Of a stretch of DNA of 64,000 nt, positions 52,834 through 62,336 are shown in pieces (position 1 is the stretch's first letter; every line of letters starts with the position of its first letter). Origin of the DNA: Gammaproteobacteria bacterium. Lineage in GTDB: Bacteria > Pseudomonadota > Gammaproteobacteria > S012-40. The position numbers were made by a program, and so were the translations under genes. The stretch spans positions 17,977-81,976 of the forward strand of contig JAOUHV010000008.1 of assembly GCA_029884425.1 (NCBI GenBank), given 5' to 3'. Below the pieces are notes generated by a model that had not been told where the DNA came from, searched no databases, and saw only the letters and a program-made list of their open reading frames with translations.

Positions 52834-52849
52834 AACTTTGTTATCGTCC

Positions 52850-54655
52850 TTAGTTATTGTCGCCGACTTTGAGCACAGCGAGGAATGCCTCCTGTGGAAT
52901 CTCGACAGACCCCACCTGTTTCATGCGTTTCTTACCCGCTTTCTGCTTTTCCAGCAGTTTGCGTTTACGCGAAACGTCACCACCATAGCACTTCGCCAAT
53001 ACGTTCTTACGCAATGCTTTAACGGTACTGCGCGCGACAATGTGACCTCCAATAGCCGCTTGTATTGCGATATCGAACATTTGTCGCGGAATCAGCTCAC
53101 GCATTTTTTCCACCAGATCACGACCACGCGGTTGTGCGGTATCGCGATGCACAATGAATGACAACGCATCAACGCGCTCGCCATTAATCAAAATATCGAG
53201 CTTCACCAGATCTGCAGGCTGGAATCGATCCAATTGGTAATCCAGTGACGCGTAGCCACGACTAACCGACTTAAGTCGGTCAAAGAAATCCAGTACCACC
53301 TCGTTCAGCGGCAACTCATACACCAGCGTGACCTGATTACCGAGGTATTGCATTTTTTTCTGCACACCGCGTTTATCAACACACAAATTAATCACCGCAC
53401 CCACGTATTCTTGTGGCAACAAAATGTTGGCAGTAATAATCGGCTCGCGAATTTCTTCATACTTGTTAGGCTCAGGCAAGTCAGCGGGATTATCGATGCG
53501 TTTGATGCTGCCATCGCTCATCTGCAATTCGTAAACAACCGTTGGTGCGGTGGTAATCAAATCCAGATCGTATTCACGCTCCAGGCGCTCTTGCACAATT
53601 TCCATGTGCAGTGTACCAAGGAAGCCGCAACGGAAACCTAACCCCAATGCCATGGAATTTTCTGGCTCGTAGAACAGCGCCGCATCGTTCAGTTTCAATT
53701 TGCCCAACGCATCGCGCAGGTTTTCATAATCTTCAGCGGTGATTGGAAACAGACCGGCAAAAACGCGTGGCTGTATCGCTTTAAAACCGGGCAACGCTTT
53801 GGCCGCAGGCTTGTCCGCGTAGGTAATGGTGTCACCCACTGGCGCACCGTAAATATCCTTGATGCTGCCAACCATGAATCCAACTTCGCCGGCTTCAAGC
53901 TTGTCGGTATCGGTTTTCTTCGGGGTAAAAATGCCCACGCCGTCCACCAAATGCACATCACCGGTCGACATCATTTTAATTTTTCGCTTGGTGTGCAGCG
54001 TGCCCTGCATCACTCGCACCAACGAGACCACCCCAAGGTAGTTGTCAAACCAGGAGTCGATGATCAGCGCCTGCAGTGGAGCTTCGCGATCGCCCTTGGG
54101 AGCAGGTATTTTCTTTACGATCGTTTCAAGCAAACCGTCTACGCCCAAGCCTGTTTTGGCGCTGATCTCGTCAGCATCCTGGGCTTCGATGCCGATGATT
54201 TCTTCAACTTCGTGCTTCACCCGACCAGGATCAGCCGCAGGCAAGTCAATTTTGTTCAGTACAGGAATCACTTCCAAGCCCTGTTCGAGCGCGGTATAGC
54301 AGTTGGCAACACTTTGCGCCTCTACCCCTTGTGACGCGTCCACCACCAGCAAGGCTCCCTCACAGGCAGCCAGGGAGCGCGATACCTCATAGGAGAAGTC
54401 CACGTGGCCAGGGGTATCGATAAAGTTGAGCTGATAGATTTCGCCGTCTTTGGCTTTATACTTCAGGGTAACGCTCTGCGCTTTGATGGTAATCCCGCGT
54501 TCACGCTCAATATCCATAGAATCAAGCACTTGCGCCGCCATTTCGCGTTTGGTCAAGCCGCCGCACAGTTCAATCAGACGGTCGGACAAGGTGGACTTAC
54601 CATGGTCGATATGGGCAATAATGGAAAAATTTCGGATGTGGGTAATATCAGTCAC
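52850..54655 (-). CDS. lepA: elongation factor 4
   Basis: Carries [19 protein letters not shown] and NKID motifs and the LepA-specific C-terminal domain. The GTG at 54655 gives the usual N-terminal length. The ORF-track start at 54667 appears to be TTG. Confidence 0.95.
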   Translation of the reverse strand: MTDITHIRNFSIIAHIDHGKSTLSDRLIELCGGLTKREMAAQVLDSMDIERERGITIKAQSVTLKYKAKDGEIYQLNFIDTPGHVDFSYEVSRSLAACEGALLVVDASQGVEAQSVANCYTALEQGLEVIPVLNKIDLPAADPGRVKHEVEEIIGIEAQDADEISAKTGLGVDGLLETIVKKIPAPKGDREAPLQALIIDSWFDNYLGVVSLVRVMQGTLHTKRKIKMMSTGDVHLVDGVGIFTPKKTDTDKLEAGEVGFMVGSIKDIYGAPVGDTITYADKPAAKALPGFKAIQPRVFAGLFPITAEDYENLRDALGKLKLNDAALFYEPENSMALGLGFRCGFLGTLHMEIVQERLEREYDLDLITTAPTVVYELQMSDGSIKRIDNPADLPEPNKYEEIREPIITANILLPQEYVGAVINLCVDKRGVQKKMQYLGNQVTLVYELPLNEVVLDFFDRLKSVSRGYASLDYQLDRFQPADLVKLDILINGERVDALSFIVHRDTAQPRGRDLVEKMRELIPRQMFDIAIQAAIGGHIVARSTVKALRKNVLAKCYGGDVSRKRKLLEKQKAGKKRMKQVGSVEIPQEAFLAVLKVGDNN

Positions 54656-54781
54656 AGATCTGCACAACGTGATTAGAGGTGATCAACACTCCGGCATCTC
54701 CGGAGGCCTGTTACAAAGAGCTGGATTTTATCGCGAACGGGCGTCCGGCCCAAGAGATAGATGGCTTTGTGCGCATTTATT

Positions 54782-54801
54782 CCGGCAAATCCATTTGCCG
54801 G
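54782..54801 (-). terminator. hairpin immediately downstream of manC (no U-tract)
   Basis: CCGGCAAAT-CC-ATTTGCCGG, a 9-bp stem located 10 nt after the manC stop. A second hairpin (CTCCGG-CATCT-CCGGAG) lies closer to lepA. Confidence 0.35.
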
Positions 54802-54810
54802 GGGTCAAAA

Positions 54811-56259
54811 TCACGCCTTTTGACGACCGTAGATGTCGTCAAAACGTACAATGTCGTCCTCGCCCAGGTAGCTACCAGACTGTACTTCAATCAATTCCAG
54901 CGGAATAGTGCCCGGGTTTTCCAGCCGATGGGTCACCCCCAACGGAATGTAGGTGGATTGATTCTCGGACAACAAAAATGCCTCATCCCCACGGGTAACC
55001 CTGGCCGTGCCACTGACCACAATCCAGTGTTCCGCCCGATGATGGTGCATTTGCAACGACAACTGCGCACCTGGTTTAACCACAATACGCTTCACCTGGT
55101 AGCGACTGCCTTGGTCAATACCCTCGTAGGTTCCCCAGGGGCGATGCACCAAACGGTGACTGGTCGCCTCGCTGCGCTTTTCGGTTTTCAACCGATTGAC
55201 AATGTTTTTCACCTGCTGCGACTGTGACTTGTCCGCCACCAAAACCGCATCGGGCGTTTCCACCACAATCAGATTGCTCACACCGATGGTCGCCACCAAT
55301 CGTTGCTCGGCGAGAATAATCGAATCATGGGTTTGCTCGGTATACACGTCGCCCTGCAGCATATTCCCGTCGCTATCTTTATCGCCCACGTCCCACAGAC
55401 TTTCCCAGGAGCCGACATCTGACCATCCGGCATCCAGCGGGATAACCACACCTTGCGCCAGCGCTGCACCTGCATTTTCCGTCAAATGTTCCATCACGGC
55501 ATAGTCAATGGAGTCCGAAGGGGAAGCGGCGAAATGGTCTTTGTGGGCGCGGAAGAAATCAATATCATCGCGGCCTTCCGCGTAGGCTTTGGCCACGCAG
55601 GCGGAGATTTGTGGCGCAAGTTTATCCAACGCCTTCAACCACACCGAGGCCTTGAACAAGAACATGCCGCTGTTCCAGAAATAGTCGCCGCTGGCAACAA
55701 ACTGCTGCGCCAATTCCAGATTGGGTTTTTCAACAAACGCATGAATAGCACAAGCCTCACCTTGCACGGTTTTGCCACGCTTGATGTAACCAAAACCGGT
55801 TTCTGCATGGGTCGGCACAATGCCAAACGTCACTACCGAACCTTGCTCGGCCAAAGCAATACCTTGTTTTACTGCCTGATGAAATACGTCAACTTGCTTG
55901 ATCACGTGATCCGCCGGCATCACCAGCATCAATCCGTCACCCTGTTTGGCGACAATATGCTGCGCTGCCAGGGTCACCGCCGGCGCGGTATTTTTGGCCT
56001 GAGGCTCAAGAATAATCATACTGTCAGGCATATTGATCTGCCGCATTTGCTCGGCAACCAAAAAACGCTGCGCTTCGTTGCTGACCAGCAGCGGTGCCTG
56101 CGCCGCCAACATCCCCTTTGGAAAGCGCGCAACAGTTTGCTGTAACAGACTTTCTTTACCTGTCAATGCCAACAATTGTTTGGGAAAGTGTTCACGTGAC
56201 ATGGGCCACAAACGCGTTCCTGAGCCACCACACAAAATCACCGGAAAAAGCTGAGTCAT
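54811..56259 (-). CDS. manC: mannose-1-phosphate guanylyltransferase / mannose-6-phosphate isomerase (type II PMI-GMP)
   Basis: 482 aa with the N-terminal nucleotidyltransferase motif LCGGSGTRLWPMSR and a C-terminal cupin domain (HHRAEHWIVVSGTA). Belongs to the AlgA/XanB/CpsB family. Confidence 0.92.
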   Translation of the reverse strand: MTQLFPVILCGGSGTRLWPMSREHFPKQLLALTGKESLLQQTVARFPKGMLAAQAPLLVSNEAQRFLVAEQMRQINMPDSMIILEPQAKNTAPAVTLAAQHIVAKQGDGLMLVMPADHVIKQVDVFHQAVKQGIALAEQGSVVTFGIVPTHAETGFGYIKRGKTVQGEACAIHAFVEKPNLELAQQFVASGDYFWNSGMFLFKASVWLKALDKLAPQISACVAKAYAEGRDDIDFFRAHKDHFAASPSDSIDYAVMEHLTENAGAALAQGVVIPLDAGWSDVGSWESLWDVGDKDSDGNMLQGDVYTEQTHDSIILAEQRLVATIGVSNLIVVETPDAVLVADKSQSQQVKNIVNRLKTEKRSEATSHRLVHRPWGTYEGIDQGSRYQVKRIVVKPGAQLSLQMHHHRAEHWIVVSGTARVTRGDEAFLLSENQSTYIPLGVTHRLENPGTIPLELIEVQSGSYLGEDDIVRFDDIYGRQKA

Positions 56260-56273
56260 AAAAACATCCTGGT

Positions 56274-57218
56274 CTAAACGGCCTGCCGTTGTTTTTTGAT
56301 AAACGAAACAAAAAATGCAGTGAACACACCGAGCATTAATCCAACCATAAACCCAAGCACCACAATCAACGCTCGCTTGGGTTTAATTTTTTCCTCTGGC
56401 ACCACCGCAGGATCAATCACTTTAAACGCATAATCCTCGCGCACATTGGCCAACATAATTTGTTTGGTCTGGGCTTCAATCAAATTAAAAATAGACTGGC
56501 GCATTTCAACCACGCCGGTTTGTTCCAATTCCTGACGCAAATACGCGATACTTTCCTTGGCCTCAGTTATCGCCTTGGCTTGCTGATGTGCATTAATTCG
56601 TTCAATCAGTTGATTCGCCCACGCCGCTGCCAATGCTGGATCGGTCCACTCCACCGACAGGGTAATCATTCCTGATTTTTTGTCTTCAGAAATGGTACGA
56701 ATACCATCGAAAACTTTGAATGCATCCCATGCAGTAGGTGCATCCGCCTCAACCAGCCAATGCTTGTTTTGCGCATCCCATTGCTGTGCGAACAAAACAG
56801 GCATCAATTTGTGTTCATTGATAAACATCTCGGTAAACGCCCGCGAGTTCAAGGTCGCCATCGCTGCAGCCGTCTGCCCGCCGCCACCGCCTAACTCAAT
56901 CCCGGCAAGCGATGCCAAACCACCAAACTGTCCCGCCAAAGCACTCAAGCCACCGCCAGTTTTATCGTCAGCGGGCATCACCATCACCTCAGCACGATAT
57001 ACCGGCGTCATCAGCAGTGCGACCGTCAACGCCAGCGCTGTCGCCAGCACCGTCAGCAACACTATCAGTTTTTTGTACTCAACCAACACCCGCCAATAAT
57101 CAAGCAAATTGATTTCATCATCGACCACCATCGGCGGCTGCGCAAAATAAACCGCCTGAGGCAATTGCTTCATTTCTTCTGGAGTCAGCGGGCCGTGGTT
57201 TTTATCCTGCATATTCAT
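56274..57218 (-). CDS. Wzz-like polysaccharide co-polymerase (PCP) without kinase domain
   Basis: 314 aa with a Wzz N-terminal motif region (EINLLDYWRVLVEYKKLIVLLTVLATALAL), a periplasmic helical region and a C-terminal TM helix after PKRALIVVLGFMVGLMLG. Confidence 0.82.
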   Translation of the reverse strand: MNMQDKNHGPLTPEEMKQLPQAVYFAQPPMVVDDEINLLDYWRVLVEYKKLIVLLTVLATALALTVALLMTPVYRAEVMVMPADDKTGGGLSALAGQFGGLASLAGIELGGGGGQTAAAMATLNSRAFTEMFINEHKLMPVLFAQQWDAQNKHWLVEADAPTAWDAFKVFDGIRTISEDKKSGMITLSVEWTDPALAAAWANQLIERINAHQQAKAITEAKESIAYLRQELEQTGVVEMRQSIFNLIEAQTKQIMLANVREDYAFKVIDPAVVPEEKIKPKRALIVVLGFMVGLMLGVFTAFFVSFIKKQRQAV

Positions 57219-57226
57219 TCAAACCT

Positions 57227-60031
57227 CTACATGGCCAACAGGCCAACGTTCTTCCACGCCGCCACGGATAAACCCAGCTGATAAACGATTTGTGAAACGT
57301 CGGTCCACAATTTCAGTGAACTGACCTTTTCCGAATCAAACGGCACAATGACCGTATCGCCTGGAGACAGGTTGACTTGTGGCTCCAACCAACTGCGTTT
57401 GGCCAATTGCACCGAACCATTGGCTTTAATGACATACACCCTCTCAGCATCCGCCTTGTTGGTCATGCCACCACTGGCATCCAGATATTTTTCAATATCC
57501 GCGCCTGAACGATACAAGTGCGAAGTCGGATGAAACACTTCACCCAATACTGTCACTTCCTGCATCTGACCAGGGATGAACAATTTATCGCCGCCCTGCA
57601 AAACAATGTCGTCGCCTGTATTTGTCCTTCGGCCCGAATCCAGGCTAGCTTTCACCGCATCCAAATGAATAACCAAACGCCCCGCAGCCTTCACTGTTTT
57701 CAATTTGCCCAACAGATCATTGGCCATACCTGCGGTAGAAACCTGACTGACTTCACCCGAGCGCTGCAAAGCAACCGCGGCCAATTCCGCTTCAAGATTC
57801 GCTGCCATCGCATCGAGCTGTTTTTGCTCGCGCTCACGCAATTCTTCGCGCATGAAAACGGCGCCTTGAATATAGGCGTGATCGGTAAAACCTCCGGCAC
57901 GAACAATCAATTCGCTCAACGTTTCACCACGACGAATGGGATAACGACCAGGGAATCTCACTTCGCCAGCCACCTCTACGCTATCGCGTTCCTCCCATTG
58001 CGGAATTTCCTTAATGGTCAAGACGTCATAAGGCTGCAGGGTAATGTCTGCTGAACGCTCACCACGTAATACCGACTGCAACTCAATTTTCATGTGGCTA
58101 ATTTGTCGGCCATTTTCGGCATCGACGCTGAAACGCGTCAGCTCGGCTTCCATCACGTGTGCCGAATCCAACAGCATGCCACCCGCACGCAACAAATCGC
58201 TGACTCGCATCCCCGGTGTCAACGGGAACTCGCCAGGTGAGTGTACCTGGCCATGCAACCGCACCAACAACGCTGGATTATCCGACCTTGCCTGTTTACG
58301 CAATTCGGTGACAATTCTCGTCATTTCTATTTGCCGATTCTGGCCCGTCGCAAAAACAACCACCTCATCACGAGCCTGTAATTTCAAATCCGCATCACTA
58401 CCCGGGTTGTCCAGGGCCTGCCCCAAATCAAACCCTGTCACCTCCAAGTGCGTGTCAGTGCCGTAGCGTTTCACCAGTGAGTAGGAAAAATCGGTTTGCG
58501 GATCCATTTGTGCGCGTCGACCTAGCAATTGCGACACCCGCATGTCTGGGGCCCACTGATAGCGTCCTGGTCTATCCACCCAGCCTGTCAGTTGAACATA
58601 TTTTTCTACTCGCGATGCCACTGCATTAATTTGCACCAGGTCACCATCTTGCAACACAACACTGGATGCCTTAGCTATCTCCACGGACAACACTTTGCGC
58701 GCACCACCCTCGACAACCCGCTCAATACGCACACCTAGCTCAAACGCATCGGCAGTCAGACCGCCAGCCAACTGAAACAAATCCTTTAACGATTCCTTGC
58801 CACGCAACTGGTAAATCGCAGGGCGACGAATTTCACCGATAATACTTACCGAACGACTCAATGCTGGAACGTGGACCACATCGCCCGACTGCAAACGCAA
58901 GTCGCTGCTGGAATTGCCATTCAACAGCAACTCATACAAATCCAGATCTTGAATCAGTCGGCCTTTACGCTTTAACGACACATTGCGCATGGATGCAATT
59001 TCGGTCATTCCGCCCGCTGTGCTTAGCACTTGTGTCATGGTGCTGAGCGCACCTACCAAATAGCTTCCTGGCTTGGCCACTTCACCAGTCACAAAAACCT
59101 GGATGGTCCGCAGCTGCCCCATGGAAACCTGGGCTTCTACACCGATAAACTGGTTCTGTATGCGTTTGCTTAAATCCCGTTTGAGTTCAGAAAAACTCAT
59201 GCCCACGACTGAAATTGCGCCAACGCCGGGAAACAACAAACTACCTTCACGACTCACTTCCAGTTCGTAAAGTTGATTCTCTTTACCAAACAATTGCACA
59301 TTAACCGTATCGCCTGGACCAACCACATAATCTGACGGTACCGGCATCTGCACAGACATGGAACTGCTCTCGTCCATACCATTAACATTGGTTTCAGCCT
59401 TAAAAAGTTCATATCCAAAAGGCTTGAGCGCTTCCTTTCCCTGAGGCTGCAAATGCAATTTGGTCACGATAACAAAATAATTATCAAACACGGGCTCCAA
59501 AGCCACTCGCAGCGATGCTTGTTCTTCATCCAAACCAGCGAGAGGAATGGGGGGAGCATAAGTCAAATTTAGTACGCCGTATTTATCCAAAACATACAGC
59601 TCTTGCGGACGATCAGGCACTACTGCACCTGGCGATGCATTTTTGGCGGGCGGCAACAATTCTCTGGGCAACAAATCAGCTTTAGGAATATAACGCACAA
59701 TCAAACTATCACCGGGCGCGAAGCGCAAGTCACGCAGATCCCGCAAATCGGGCGACGCTGGGTCAGTACTTTCCTCGGATTGAGACTTCTGTGAGCCTGT
59801 TTTTTTATCTGAACCGGCCACATTTTTCCCACCAGTTCCGACACCACCTAGCAAAGTGTTTCCAAAGCTATCACCCGACTTCCCCATCATTTTCAACACT
59901 TGCTGCTGCTCAGAGGTGGACAACGAATTAAACATTTGCAACTGCTGTGCAGTCGGAGTCGGCGCCGCAAACGTCGCGCCCTGCATCAAGCCCAACATTA
60001 CGGCCATCGCCATGTTTAATAACAATCGCAT
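57227..60031 (-). CDS. large outer-membrane polysaccharide export (OPX) protein with about six SLBB repeats, non-lipoprotein
   Basis: 934 aa counted from the ATG at 60031. Has a signal peptide (MRLLLNMAMAVMLGLMQGATFA/AP) with no lipobox Cys, a Poly_export motif (PSDYVVGPGDTVNVQLFG) and six G(E/W/Q)V..PG.Y-type SLBB units. Confidence 0.85.
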   Translation of the reverse strand: MRLLLNMAMAVMLGLMQGATFAAPTPTAQQLQMFNSLSTSEQQQVLKMMGKSGDSFGNTLLGGVGTGGKNVAGSDKKTGSQKSQSEESTDPASPDLRDLRDLRFAPGDSLIVRYIPKADLLPRELLPPAKNASPGAVVPDRPQELYVLDKYGVLNLTYAPPIPLAGLDEEQASLRVALEPVFDNYFVIVTKLHLQPQGKEALKPFGYELFKAETNVNGMDESSSMSVQMPVPSDYVVGPGDTVNVQLFGKENQLYELEVSREGSLLFPGVGAISVVGMSFSELKRDLSKRIQNQFIGVEAQVSMGQLRTIQVFVTGEVAKPGSYLVGALSTMTQVLSTAGGMTEIASMRNVSLKRKGRLIQDLDLYELLLNGNSSSDLRLQSGDVVHVPALSRSVSIIGEIRRPAIYQLRGKESLKDLFQLAGGLTADAFELGVRIERVVEGGARKVLSVEIAKASSVVLQDGDLVQINAVASRVEKYVQLTGWVDRPGRYQWAPDMRVSQLLGRRAQMDPQTDFSYSLVKRYGTDTHLEVTGFDLGQALDNPGSDADLKLQARDEVVVFATGQNRQIEMTRIVTELRKQARSDNPALLVRLHGQVHSPGEFPLTPGMRVSDLLRAGGMLLDSAHVMEAELTRFSVDAENGRQISHMKIELQSVLRGERSADITLQPYDVLTIKEIPQWEERDSVEVAGEVRFPGRYPIRRGETLSELIVRAGGFTDHAYIQGAVFMREELREREQKQLDAMAANLEAELAAVALQRSGEVSQVSTAGMANDLLGKLKTVKAAGRLVIHLDAVKASLDSGRRTNTGDDIVLQGGDKLFIPGQMQEVTVLGEVFHPTSHLYRSGADIEKYLDASGGMTNKADAERVYVIKANGSVQLAKRSWLEPQVNLSPGDTVIVPFDSEKVSSLKLWTDVSQIVYQLGLSVAAWKNVGLLAM

Positions 60032-60070
60032 TTGATCCCAATCCCCCAACTAAACAAATATTATGTCCTG

Positions 60071-61615
60071 CTACTGCACCCAGTGAGGCACAGAAAAATG
60101 ATAGTTTACCGAAACATCAGCCACTTGTGCGGACAATTCGCCGTCAATCGCCCATACCTGACCGGCACTAAACGAAACCGCCAGCGACGGATCAAAACGC
60201 CAGCCCAACGACAGCATTGGTTGTAAAACCGCACCACTTCCAACCGCAATACCACCGCCGCCGGCGGCTCCGGTCGTCACTTCCGCCTCGGCAAACCAGG
60301 CATCACTCAACATCCAATGGCCACCTATCCCCATCAAACCCACCGCGTATCCACCCGCGTCGCCACGAAAAGCACCTAATGCCTGGCCAGTCACATAACC
60401 TGTTTTGCTAAAAAAACTATCCAGTTTCAACGCCAACAAATCTACCTGCTCACTACCTTGCGAACTTTTTCGCAACTGATCAACGGATGAAAAATAGCTT
60501 TGCGCGCCCAGACGCCAGCGATTTCGCTGCCATTCGGTGGAACGAGAGTCGTCAGCAACCATCCGCCGAGTTGGCTGAATTACGCCATACCGATATCCCA
60601 ATCCGACATTCAACATGGAAGCGTTAAACGGTGCCTGTAACGCGGAAGTTTGTCCGCCCTCAACCAATACTGACCAATGTTTATTGATCGCGTATTCACT
60701 ACCCAATAGTACTCGCCCCAATACGCCGCCGCCGGTGTGCAAATCACCACCGCCCGCAGAACCAATCATCGCCGTCGCATAACAATCAAAATAACTTAGT
60801 CGACACCAGCGCCAACTGGTTCCCGCAAATACCTGGGCCAAGCCATCCACTTCACCACCAAAGGCACCCGCAGTTTCAAAATCAAGCAGCCAGTCATCCA
60901 ACCAGTCTTGACGCCAACGCACCCCCCCCACCTGGATGGCCTGATCGAGCACTTTCCCCGATCGACCTCGCTGCGAATAAGTGGGATAGTAGTTCATCAA
61001 CTGCAAATATATTGTCCGGGACGAGCCCTCCAGAGCCGCCAACGGCGCACTCCATTTTTGCAAATCAGCTGACTCGTGCCAGCCCGGCAACATCAGCGTC
61101 TGAAAACGTCTTGCAACCGACAAATAACCCTGACGATCGGTAATATTGCCATTGGGAAAGCGCACTTCGCTCACCCCAACGCCCCATTGCCAACCCTCAT
61201 CCCGCGCCAAATAACGCAGTTCCAGATGAGGACGCAGCATCAATCCACCACCCTGAGGCGCAGCCGCGCCACCGCCGCCGCCGACATAGGCACCCGCATC
61301 GACACACCAATATTGCCATCGACAGACAACGGCGCCCGTGTCAAAACCACCTACAAAAAAACCACCCCGCTGACCAGTCACTGCGCCATAAATACCCAAT
61401 CCCAAATAAACGTTGTGATCATTGCGCAGCAAATAATTGCCACCCAATAATCCCATCCGCTCGCCGTCGGGCAACTGGATTTCTTCGTAGCTAAATCGAT
61501 AGTCGCCTGACAACACAGGCAGAGAGTCGCGATGACCGTCGACAACTTCCGCCCTCAGCGAGAATGCCGACACCATGAGAAAGGCAAATAGAAATAACCG
61601 AGATGGCCAAGGCAT
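60071..61615 (-). CDS. uncharacterised Gly-rich outer-membrane protein built from three ~165-aa repeats (putative beta-barrel)
   Basis: 514 aa counted from the ATG at 61615, 5 nt after the pyrF stop. Has a signal peptide (MPWPSRLFLFAFLMVSAFSLRA/EV) and an aromatic C-terminal region (VSVNYHF). I did not recognise a family. Confidence 0.7.
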   Translation of the reverse strand: MPWPSRLFLFAFLMVSAFSLRAEVVDGHRDSLPVLSGDYRFSYEEIQLPDGERMGLLGGNYLLRNDHNVYLGLGIYGAVTGQRGGFFVGGFDTGAVVCRWQYWCVDAGAYVGGGGGAAAPQGGGLMLRPHLELRYLARDEGWQWGVGVSEVRFPNGNITDRQGYLSVARRFQTLMLPGWHESADLQKWSAPLAALEGSSRTIYLQLMNYYPTYSQRGRSGKVLDQAIQVGGVRWRQDWLDDWLLDFETAGAFGGEVDGLAQVFAGTSWRWCRLSYFDCYATAMIGSAGGGDLHTGGGVLGRVLLGSEYAINKHWSVLVEGGQTSALQAPFNASMLNVGLGYRYGVIQPTRRMVADDSRSTEWQRNRWRLGAQSYFSSVDQLRKSSQGSEQVDLLALKLDSFFSKTGYVTGQALGAFRGDAGGYAVGLMGIGGHWMLSDAWFAEAEVTTGAAGGGGIAVGSGAVLQPMLSLGWRFDPSLAVSFSAGQVWAIDGELSAQVADVSVNYHFSVPHWVQ

Positions 61616-61619
61616 CAAT

Positions 61620-62324
61620 CTATTGATTCCCTAGCTCCTGCAGAATCTGCCCCAACGCAGCCTGCGGATCAGCCGCCTGGGTTATTGGCCGGCCAATAAC
61701 CATATAATCCACCCCAACCTGCTTTGCCTGTGATGGGGTAAGAATCCGTCGCTGATCACCAGCATCGGCCCCCAGAGGGCGAATTCCTGGCGTGACCAGC
61801 GCAAATGGCGCCGCTATTTCCTGGCGCAACATCTGTGCTTCCTGCGCCGAGCACACCACGCCGTCCATACCACTTTTTTTGGCCAAACTCGCCAAACGCT
61901 TAACTTGCTCAATGGGAGAAACCGAAATGCCAATTTCACTCAGATCACTTTGATCCATGCTGGTCAACACAGTCACTGCAATCAATAACGGCTGATGTGT
62001 GGATGCATCCACGGCTTCGCGTGCAGCCTCCATCATCCGGCTACCGCCACTGGCATGCACGTTGACCATCCAAACGCCCAGCTCCGCTGCTGCGCGACAT
62101 GCCTTACCAACCGTCGCGGGAATATCATGAAATTTCAGATCCAAAAATATTTCAAACCCTGCTTTATGCAAAGCCTCAACCACCGCAGGACCTTCGGCAG
62201 TAAATAATTCCTTGCCGACTTTAACTCGACAATCCGCAGGATTTAGCTGTGAGGCCATTTTTAATGCTGACTTACTATCGGCATAATCCAGTGCCACAAC
62301 AACAGGAGACGTAACATTCTTCAT
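61620..62324 (-). CDS. pyrF: orotidine 5'-phosphate decarboxylase
   Basis: 234 aa with ALDY ... [10 protein letters not shown] ... motifs. Sits in lapB-pyrF synteny. Confidence 0.95.
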   Translation of the reverse strand: MKNVTSPVVVALDYADSKSALKMASQLNPADCRVKVGKELFTAEGPAVVEALHKAGFEIFLDLKFHDIPATVGKACRAAAELGVWMVNVHASGGSRMMEAAREAVDASTHQPLLIAVTVLTSMDQSDLSEIGISVSPIEQVKRLASLAKKSGMDGVVCSAQEAQMLRQEIAAPFALVTPGIRPLGADAGDQRRILTPSQAKQVGVDYMVIGRPITQAADPQAALGQILQELGNQ

Positions 62325-62336
62325 TTTTTACAATTT

